Origin: an uncultured Gammaproteobacteria bacterium
GTDB lineage: Bacteria; Patescibacteriota; Patescibacteriia; Magasanikbacterales; UBA922
Direction: 5' to 3'
Length of the DNA: 64,000 bases
Assembly (NCBI GenBank): GCA_964550845.1
Contig: CAZKAD010000001.1
Span: 21,342 to 85,341 of the forward strand
A program made the translations under genes and the position numbers. Within the stretch, counting starts at the first letter, position 1; every line of letters starts with the position of its first letter. The notes under the pieces were generated by a model, which was not told the DNA's origin, searched no databases, and was given only the letters and a program-made list of their open reading frames with translations. Positions 9,276 through 16,274 of this stretch are shown one piece after another.

Positions 9276-10253
9276 ATGCAACTCCTCGCCGAACCAAAAA
9301 ATAAGTTTGATCTTTTTACCATTAAGTACCCAAAGATTGAAGAGTTTGGTAACAAACAACTTTCAATGATGTGGCTTCCAGGGGAAATTTCATATGATAA
9401 AGATCGTCAGCACTTCGAGGAGTTGAAGGATGAAAGAATTCGTCATATTTTGAAGCGCATTATTGGTTTTTTCTTTACCAGTGATGGAATTGTATTCGCC
9501 AATCTTGATGAAAATTTCACAGAGGAGTTCAAGGCTCCAGAAATGAAATATCTTTTTGCAGCGATTTCAGCAATTGAAAGTATTCATGCAAAGTCGTACG
9601 GATTTCAACTCGATTCTCTAATTACAAATGTTGAAGAGAAACAAGAAATTATGGATGCAATTGTAAATATTCCATCGATTCGGAAGATGGCTGAATTTGC
9701 TATTAAATACATGGACCAGAGTCATCCTCTGGTTAATCGAATGGTTGCTTTTCTTTGTATTGAAGGCATTTTCTTTTCATCGCCATTTGCATTTATCTTT
9801 TGGATTCGAAAGTATATGCCGAAGAAATTCCCTGGAATCGTGGCAGCCAACGATTTTATTTCGAGAGATGAGAATCTCCACTGTGAAGCAAATGCTTACG
9901 TAATTAATCTCTTTGCTGAAGAAGGACAACTTGATTTCAAAAATGCTGAAAAAGTATTCAGAGAAGCGACACAAATTGCAATTGAGTTTGCCGAGGATAC
10001 TTTCCCGAATGATCTTCTCGGAATGACCGCAGCAATGATGATTACTCATATTAAATTTGTTGCCAATCGGTGGGCTCAAATTATCGGTTTGAAACGTCTG
10101 TATGATGAGGCTCAAAAAACTCCTTTTACTTTTATGGATAACATTGCTTTGACCAAGAAAGACAATATGTTTGAATCTCAAACTCTAACTGATTATCAAG
10201 GTGCACCAAATATGGAAGTTCACTTTGATTATTCATCAGCAGAGAACTTCTAA
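9276..10253 (+). CDS. ribonucleotide reductase small subunit (R2)
   Basis: ESIHAKSY (E-x2-H-x3-Y radical site), EGIFFSSPFA, ISRDENLHCE, C-terminal ...ENF. First ATG at 9276, 32 nt after AAAATTGA. Confidence 0.93.
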   Translation: MQLLAEPKNKFDLFTIKYPKIEEFGNKQLSMMWLPGEISYDKDRQHFEELKDERIRHILKRIIGFFFTSDGIVFANLDENFTEEFKAPEMKYLFAAISAIESIHAKSYGFQLDSLITNVEEKQEIMDAIVNIPSIRKMAEFAIKYMDQSHPLVNRMVAFLCIEGIFFSSPFAFIFWIRKYMPKKFPGIVAANDFISRDENLHCEANAYVINLFAEEGQLDFKNAEKVFREATQIAIEFAEDTFPNDLLGMTAAMMITHIKFVANRWAQIIGLKRLYDEAQKTPFTFMDNIALTKKDNMFESQTLTDYQGAPNMEVHFDYSSAENF

Positions 10254-10317
10254 GATTCGTGAATAAGAAATTACAATCTTTTCGAAAAAAAATAAAATCT
10301 TCCTCATACAAAATCTC

Positions 10318-10518
10318 ATGCATACCCCGATCGCTCTCGTTCTCGCTGTTGCTGCTGCAATCTCGTTGGTGATCAATCTCTATTATGTTGAGAAGGATCC
10401 CGCCAAAGCTAGAAAAGCTTTGATTGCTGCCGTAGTTTTGCTCGCCGTCTTGGCTCTTGTGTTGGTTCACAAGAAGTTCGGTAAGATGATGATGGGTCCT
10501 AGCTATGACATTATGTAA
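10318..10518 (+). CDS. small two-helix membrane protein (66 aa)
   Basis: Two hydrophobic helices, IALVLAVAAAISLVINLYYV and ALIAAVVLLAVLALVLV. Confidence 0.45.
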   Translation: MHTPIALVLAVAAAISLVINLYYVEKDPAKARKALIAAVVLLAVLALVLVHKKFGKMMMGPSYDIM

Positions 10519-10555
10519 TTAGATATTGAATATTGGATATTGAATATAAATTTCG

Positions 10556-10563
10556 AAAATTGA
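10556..10563 (+). promoter_or_regulatory. AAAATTGA promoter-like octamer
   Basis: 65 nt upstream of ATG 10628. Confidence 0.6.
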
Positions 10564-10627
10564 TTTCTTAATCAATCAATAATCAAACTTATTAGGAGTT
10601 TGATTATCTTTTCAAAAAGTAAAGGTT

Positions 10628-11158
10628 ATGAATGATGCAGCCAATGATATTTGTATTATTTGTCTGTCTCGCAAAGGTATAGCTAAATATTGTACACATT
10701 TCTATTGTGATATTTGTCTGAGAGAAATGTGCACAATTCGTCTTCAACATCATCAAAAATGTGGATGTGCAATTCCAGGTTGTATTGAATACGACCAAAA
10801 ACAAATTGATGCTATTCTTGACAATGAAGGCAAAACTGCACAAATTGAAGCTTATCTTCGACAACATGGACAAAAATGTACAAAGTGTCACGAATGGGTA
10901 ACCAAAGGTGATGGATGTAACTTTGTTAATTGTCGCTGTGGGTTATCATGGGATTGGCGTCATGGACCTCCAGATTTTGTTAATCAGACTTCTCCCTCTT
11001 CTTGGTGTTTTCGATGGTTTCGAGATGATACAAAAATTTTACTCGGGCAATTAAGTACGACTACGCTCAAAATGATTGAGCAAGAACTTACATTGCATAC
11101 ATCGAATAGAAGAGAATATTCAACTCGAAATATTCTTGAACATCTTAAGAAGTTGTAA
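10628..11158 (+). CDS. RING-between-RING (RBR)-type E3 ubiquitin ligase, minimal
   Basis: RING1 CIICLS...CTHFYCDICL, IBR-like CGCAIPGC, RING2-like CTKCHEWVTKGDGCNFVNCRCG. Confidence 0.65.
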   Translation: MNDAANDICIICLSRKGIAKYCTHFYCDICLREMCTIRLQHHQKCGCAIPGCIEYDQKQIDAILDNEGKTAQIEAYLRQHGQKCTKCHEWVTKGDGCNFVNCRCGLSWDWRHGPPDFVNQTSPSSWCFRWFRDDTKILLGQLSTTTLKMIEQELTLHTSNRREYSTRNILEHLKKL

Positions 11159-11160
11159 TT

Positions 11161-11190
11161 CACAAAGTCACCTTCTGAGGTGACTTTGTG
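11161..11190 (+). terminator. gene-end hairpin (12-bp stem)
   Basis: cacaaagtcacc-ttctga-ggtgactttgtg. Confidence 0.6.
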
Positions 11191-11265
11191 AAACTCTTTT
11201 TTGAGAAAAATGAGTTTTTTCTTTATCGAGAAGGGAAAATTTGCTCATCAACTTTTCAATCAGAA

Positions 11266-11715
11266 ATGAATCGAAATTTAGAGGCACTCCATCTAAAACC
11301 AACCTCGGCAGGCGTTCTTCTTGTTGCAAAGCATCACATTTTATTCGTCAAAGAAAAATCTTCAGACAAATGGGGACTTCCAAAAGGAAGTATTCAAAAA
11401 GATGAGTCAAAAGTCGATTGCTGGAAAAGAGAATTGAAAGAAGAAACTCAAATCGACATCGATCTTTATAAATATCGTGTTATCTGGAACAAAAGGATTA
11501 ATAGATACATTATTTACACTGTCATTCTATCAATTGACAATGAGACGTTCAACAAAATGAAAGCTCAAGAGTCGAAAAGCGAGGAGATTAACCAAGTTGA
11601 ATGGATCAAGATTGGTGAAATCCCTACTAACGTATACGATTCATTGAATTCAACGGCGAGGACTGCTATTTTTAGTATAAATCATCCATCATCACGCTCT
11701 TTTCGAAGAGAATGA
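11266..11715 (+). CDS. Nudix hydrolase
   Basis: Nudix box GLPKGSIQKDESKVDCWKRELKEETQI. Start at ATG 11266, because the 11188 GTG lies inside hairpin 11161..11190. Confidence 0.85.
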   Translation: MNRNLEALHLKPTSAGVLLVAKHHILFVKEKSSDKWGLPKGSIQKDESKVDCWKRELKEETQIDIDLYKYRVIWNKRINRYIIYTVILSIDNETFNKMKAQESKSEEINQVEWIKIGEIPTNVYDSLNSTARTAIFSINHPSSRSFRRE

Positions 11716-11731
11716 ATCTATCAATTTGAAG

Positions 11732-11739
11732 AAAATTGA
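11732..11739 (+). promoter_or_regulatory. AAAATTGA promoter-like octamer
   Basis: 91 nt upstream of ATG 11830. Confidence 0.55.
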
Positions 11740-11829
11740 TCTGCAAAAATTAACTTAATATAAAAACCTACCCGAAGGGATCTCGTTTTTCGGTTAAAGA
11801 GTTTTTCACTATTTGTACAGAGTTAAAGA

Positions 11830-12678
11830 ATGGTTCCCGCTCCCTTCAAAAGGTACACCATTACTTTTACTGTGGCAACCAACTGGACTATTAATCATGT
11901 TCTTTTCTTCTGGAAACATGACTTTCCAAAAATACAAGACATGTCAAATGTTCCTCTTGGTACAATTCTTTCATTGAAATACAAAGATGAAAATGGCCAT
12001 GTTCATCATCGAGGTCATGGAAAGAGCAATGATAAATGTTTTTCTAATACTACTTCTGTGAATGTTTTTGTTGGAAAAGTTATCAATGTTAAACTTCCAT
12101 CATTCGGTAAGATTCAAATTACCGGATGTCTCGAGGAGAGTCAAGCATATAAGGGAGTTCATGCAATTTGGAAAGCAATTCAAGCAATCGAAGAAAAGAA
12201 TCCTGGTTTTTGTAAATTACCTCCAGATGAACCACCAAAAATTATTTTCAATCCCGTGATGAACAATGTGAGTGTAAATATTGGTTTTGAAGTGAATCGA
12301 CAAAAGTTACAGACATTCTTGTATAGATGCAAAGAAATGGATTTCATTCTTCCGACCAAAGATGAGAGATATGCAGGAACAAAAGTAGAGACAAAAATTC
12401 AAGACATTTCTCATATTCCGCTGGTTAAACAAAGATTTCTCCAAGGAAAATGGTATTCTTCAAATGCGACCATGAATGACTTTCTAGCTCTCTTGAATGC
12501 AAAAAGTCGAAAAGAAGAGAGTCGAAAGACTCATCAACATGTCATTCTTATTTTTCATTCAGGTAAATTGATTTATATTGCTCCTCGATTTGAACTAATG
12601 CCGAAATTCTATGACTTTTTCCTCAAGCTCCTTCATGAGCATCGAAATGAAATTGAAGAAACTTGTCAAGCGCATTAA
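11830..12678 (+). CDS. hypothetical protein, possible TATA-box-binding-protein-like fold
   Basis: Two TBP-repeat-like segments, SFGKIQITGCLEESQAYKGV and LIFHSGKLIYIAPR. Fold assignment is weak. Confidence 0.6.
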   Translation: MVPAPFKRYTITFTVATNWTINHVLFFWKHDFPKIQDMSNVPLGTILSLKYKDENGHVHHRGHGKSNDKCFSNTTSVNVFVGKVINVKLPSFGKIQITGCLEESQAYKGVHAIWKAIQAIEEKNPGFCKLPPDEPPKIIFNPVMNNVSVNIGFEVNRQKLQTFLYRCKEMDFILPTKDERYAGTKVETKIQDISHIPLVKQRFLQGKWYSSNATMNDFLALLNAKSRKEESRKTHQHVILIFHSGKLIYIAPRFELMPKFYDFFLKLLHEHRNEIEETCQAH

Positions 12679-12754
12679 ACTTTAAACCTTAAACTTTAAA
12701 TTCTCCTCAAGATTGATTAAATGTAAAGGATTCTTCTCCTCAAAAGGAAAAGAA

Positions 12755-12850
12755 TTAAACGTCTCTTCAAGACTGGTTAAACGTCTCTTCAAGACTGGTT
12801 AAACGTCTCTTCAAGACTGGTTAAACGTCTCTTCAAGACTGGTTAAACAT
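12755..12850 (+). repeat. TTAAAC-hairpin repeat array (22-bp unit, 4.4 copies)
   Basis: ttaaacgtctcttcaagactgg with TTAAAC at 12755, 12777, 12799, 12821, 12843. Three more TTAAAC at 12675..12700. Confidence 0.95.
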
Positions 12851-13553
12851 TCCCATTCAATTGATTAAACGGAAATTCAATTTCAATCTTCAAGTTCAAT
12901 GTAAGATCAGAAAGATACCATGCTTCTCCTCGTCGATGAATATACGGAGTTTTGAATCTTGGTGTTTCAAATTGGTCGAGAAGATACATATCATGGAATG
13001 GCACTTTTTTCAGTTTAAATAGACTATAATCTTCATTTTGGATCATAAAGATAAATTCTTTGGTTCGTGGAAAGAACCACAAAACTGTCTCTTTGTACTT
13101 ATCAAAAAACTTCCGAGTTTCTTGATCGCAGAGCTTAAATTGAATTGCGCGCGGATTATTTTGAATCCAGTCGGCGACAGAATCGAAGTTTTCGAATTCT
13201 ATCTGAAAACTTTTCGATCCAAGAAATGTCCATCGATTATTCCTCTTTTGGAATGATGGTGCAGGACAATCTGGAAAATTACTACTTGAGATTTGTGCAC
13301 TATAGATTAAATTATCATCACTCGATTCTCGAAGTTTAAACAAAGCTTTATTTTCGGTTCTCTTTTGATCAATCATTAAAATTTGATGCTCATTTTTCGA
13401 CCAGTAAATCTTGAGTGGAGTATAATACCCCTCGACTTTACTCACTTTAAGTTCAATCATTTTAATCATTTCGGAAGGCTTAGCCATCGGGGATGGTTGA
13501 AAGTTGTTCAAATTCCAAATCGAATCAATAAAATTAATCAATTTCTTATTCAT
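12843..13553 (-). CDS. hypothetical protein
   Basis: Start taken at MNKKLINF (13553). The longer extension would overlap the divergent promoter and gene at 13598. Confidence 0.55.
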   Translation of the reverse strand: MNKKLINFIDSIWNLNNFQPSPMAKPSEMIKMIELKVSKVEGYYTPLKIYWSKNEHQILMIDQKRTENKALFKLRESSDDNLIYSAQISSSNFPDCPAPSFQKRNNRWTFLGSKSFQIEFENFDSVADWIQNNPRAIQFKLCDQETRKFFDKYKETVLWFFPRTKEFIFMIQNEDYSLFKLKKVPFHDMYLLDQFETPRFKTPYIHRRGEAWYLSDLTLNLKIEIEFPFNQLNGNV

Positions 13554-13557
13554 CTTA

Positions 13558-13565
13558 AAAATTGA
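13558..13565 (+). promoter_or_regulatory. AAAATTGA promoter-like octamer
   Basis: 33 nt upstream of ATG 13598. Confidence 0.6.
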
Positions 13566-13597
13566 TTGCTTCCGAAGTGTCAAAGAGTAAAAACAAG

Positions 13598-13963
13598 ATG
13601 TGGGGGTTTTATGTTTTGATTGCAAGTATAACTTGTTGTATTCCAACGGCGTTTTGTTGCCTTTCATCAGAAAAAATGAAAAAAATGGAAGACCCGGTTT
13701 TACATGGAGAAGAATGGCGACCAAAATTTTCATCAACTCATGTCGAACAAAGATTATCGCCAATTGCGAATGAGGAAACAGATCGCCAAGAAATTTCATC
13801 AGAAGATGAAATTGAAGTCAAAATTTCAAATCCAACTCCTCCTTCATCACCGGTTCCCCCTTCATCACCGGTTCCCCCTTCATCACCGGTTCCGAGAAAT
13901 CGAACTGATATCAATTGGACGCCAGTCTTCGACGAAGATGATGATTATGAATATCTCGTTTAA
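13598..13963 (+). CDS. Cys-rich N-terminal anchor protein with PPSSPV repeats and acidic tail
   Basis: MWGFYVLIASITCCIPTAFCCL, then 3x PPSSPV. AAAATTGA lies 33 nt upstream. Confidence 0.55.
   Translation: MWGFYVLIASITCCIPTAFCCLSSEKMKKMEDPVLHGEEWRPKFSSTHVEQRLSPIANEETDRQEISSEDEIEVKISNPTPPSSPVPPSSPVPPSSPVPRNRTDINWTPVFDEDDDYEYLV
13841..13894 (+). repeat. 18-bp coding tandem repeat x3 (PPSSPV)
   Basis: ccttcatcaccggttccc x3. Confidence 0.9.
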
Positions 13964-13980
13964 CCAATCCGTCAGGATGT

Positions 13981-14454
13981 TTAATTCTTCCATTCATTAA
14001 TATGTTTCTTACAATATCGATTTGGAAAGGGTAAATAAGAATTGTAGAGACCAAGCTTTTCCGCTTTGGCTAAAAGGCGATTGTTTATCTTTTCAAATTC
14101 AGGAGGATGTTCAGGATCGTCAGGAGGACCAACGAATTGTGAAGGAGTTAAAACGTGAGCTATTTCATGAAGATATGCATAAACAAGAAAATTCTCAAAA
14201 TAAGGAGAATTTTCTTCATTGCCGAGACAAAGATGTATTTCTGATTTACCAAGAGTGTAAGTATCAGATTTACTTGGGTAAACATCAATTTCAGCAATAA
14301 TTGGGTGAACAGGAGAAAGCTTTTCCTTCAATCTTTGAATACGAAGTTTATCATCTGGATGATGTGACTGGAACCGAATCGGCAACACATATTTCTCCTT
14401 CCATTTGTACCAAATTATGAACAACAAAATTACAAAAACGACGATCTCCTTCAT
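13981..14454 (-). CDS. putative Zn-metallopeptidase (HExxH) with N-terminal TM anchor
   Basis: YAYLHEIAHVL motif and N-terminal helix IVVFVILLFIIWY. Confidence 0.55.
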   Translation of the reverse strand: MKEIVVFVILLFIIWYKWKEKYVLPIRFQSHHPDDKLRIQRLKEKLSPVHPIIAEIDVYPSKSDTYTLGKSEIHLCLGNEENSPYFENFLVYAYLHEIAHVLTPSQFVGPPDDPEHPPEFEKINNRLLAKAEKLGLYNSYLPFPNRYCKKHINEWKN

Positions 14455-14497
14455 CGCTAATCCCTAAGCTCTAATCTTTATCAAGCTGAGAAAAATT

Positions 14498-14716
14498 TCA
14501 ACCCGAAGGTTGTAATTTTGATTCTTTTTCCTTTTCTTTTAACGATTTCTTATTTTGATCGCTCTTACATTTACACTGTCGATTGATGATCACCGATTGA
14601 CATGTAATACAATATTTTGCAGGTGATGCAAGGCTTCCTTTTCTTGCACAAGTTGAACAAACTTGTGAATGATACGGAATTTCAGTGTCACAACTCGGAC
14701 AGATATTGGGATCCAT
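14498..14716 (-). CDS. zinc-ribbon protein (72 aa)
   Basis: CPSC...CSTC and CITC...CKC cysteine pairs. Confidence 0.5.
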   Translation of the reverse strand: MDPNICPSCDTEIPYHSQVCSTCARKGSLASPAKYCITCQSVIINRQCKCKSDQNKKSLKEKEKESKLQPSG

Positions 14717-14764
14717 TTTATTTTTCTTCCTTTCTTAGGAAGAAAAATCATTTTTGTTATTGAT

Positions 14765-15553
14765 TTATCCATAGCGCAAACAGACATTTTTTATTTCATC
14801 TCCGTTCGATTCGACGACTAGAACATTGTCCCACAATCCAGGAAAGAAAATTATCTCTTTTTGCATTGAGCTATACCATACTGGCCGACTCGTTTCTATA
14901 AGAATAAGAGTAACGTCTTTCTTTTCTTTTGACAAGATTGGCCCAGATTTTGTAATGATATTTTCTGGTATGTGATCATAATTTGCCTGTTTCCGAAGAG
15001 CTTCTTCAAGCTGACTTACTTTCCATGTGGACATTTCAGAAATAAGTTCCATTCGAAATGAAGGATGTTGCTCGCTTTTTGGCTTAGGAATAACGTAATG
15101 GTCGTAAATTCCAGGAATTGCCACTCTCAAAATAAAATTAACTTCCTTTTTATCTACAAATTTGACAATTTTATTCAACCATGATCTATTGATTAATCCT
15201 CCAAAATACTTTTTGTTTGGCTCTCCTATAAACTGTTGGGCTTTATCTTGATGATAAATACTGTAAATACACTGTTTGTCACAGTAGATAAAATCATATT
15301 GTTTATATTTATTACACTCTCGACATTTCCCACATTGCTGGCAACTTTGATCAAATGAAAAAGTAACGCCAAATACACATGAATTTGAATAAAAATTAAA
15401 TGCCCTTGCTTCATGCATATACTGACCAATTGAACCTTTGTTGTCATAGAGTTCCTTCAATTCTGCATAACCAAGCTTGTTTAAAGCAATGAGATTCCGG
15501 TCAGAAAAATATTCATAATCATCAATATCAAATTGATGAAGTGTCACTAACAT
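14765..15553 (-). CDS. hypothetical protein with Cys cluster
   Basis: 262-aa ORF containing CQQCGKCRECNKY...YCDKQC. Terminal hairpin about 14721..14744. Confidence 0.6.
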   Translation of the reverse strand: MLVTLHQFDIDDYEYFSDRNLIALNKLGYAELKELYDNKGSIGQYMHEARAFNFYSNSCVFGVTFSFDQSCQQCGKCRECNKYKQYDFIYCDKQCIYSIYHQDKAQQFIGEPNKKYFGGLINRSWLNKIVKFVDKKEVNFILRVAIPGIYDHYVIPKPKSEQHPSFRMELISEMSTWKVSQLEEALRKQANYDHIPENIITKSGPILSKEKKDVTLILIETSRPVWYSSMQKEIIFFPGLWDNVLVVESNGDEIKNVCLRYG

Positions 15554-15576
15554 ATTTTGTATAGTTAAATCGCGGT

Positions 15577-16212
15577 TTAATTATCATTTACACCAGATAG
15601 TTGAACATCAGGCATAAAGATCCATCGTCCCGGTTTGAGAAAAGGAAACGCGTCAACACAAACATTATAGTACGAGGCTGATTTTTGAGGATGAAAGTCA
15701 TTAAATTGGTCATTATTTCCAATAATGTTCAATGCAAAATCGTTACTGGCCACTTCAATCCCGATATAAAATAGCGAAGACACTTCTTTTCCCATTATTC
15801 GATGAAGCATTGGATACAACCCAGAATAAACCGGTTCAACTAAGAGCAGCTTCGAAATGGAATTTTTGCCATGAAAACGATGGAGAGATTGTTCAACTAA
15901 CTTTTGGAATTCCGGATGATCCAATTTGTCAAGATCTTCAAACTGATCTTCGGGATCAACGGTTTGTCCGATTTTTTCTGCAAGTTGGGGGCAAAGTTTT
16001 GTCTCAGGGAAAAGATGCGACTTTGGAACATATCGTGTTCCATACAATTGATTGAATCGATAATAATCTTGTTCGAATAGACTACTTAGATCTCGATCAT
16101 TAATTTTTGTCCAATCCACATCAAGCTTTGCATCTTGTTCGAGAAATTTGATCAGTTCATCCCGAGAGACAACTGAGCCGTAGAGTAAATACGCACCAGC
16201 AATTGTAGCCAT
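15577..16212 (-). CDS. hypothetical protein
   Basis: 211-aa ORF with no motif. Confidence 0.6.
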   Translation of the reverse strand: MATIAGAYLLYGSVVSRDELIKFLEQDAKLDVDWTKINDRDLSSLFEQDYYRFNQLYGTRYVPKSHLFPETKLCPQLAEKIGQTVDPEDQFEDLDKLDHPEFQKLVEQSLHRFHGKNSISKLLLVEPVYSGLYPMLHRIMGKEVSSLFYIGIEVASNDFALNIIGNNDQFNDFHPQKSASYYNVCVDAFPFLKPGRWIFMPDVQLSGVNDN

Positions 16213-16274
16213 GTTTTGTTTATTGGAATGTTTTTAAGTTTGTTAAGCTAATTAAAGTGCTTCACAAAGTCTTC

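Noticed and set aside
2824-10253. Checked polB and RNR R2 for inteins, which are common hosts in giant viruses
   Set aside because: Catalytic motifs (YGDTDS; E-x2-H-x3-Y and SRDENLH) are contiguous and the protein lengths are normal, so there is no insertion.
12755-12850. Tandem direct repeats considered as a CRISPR array
   Set aside because: The units are contiguous with no spacers and measure 20-22 bp. The viral context and absence of cas genes mark them as simple tandem repeats.
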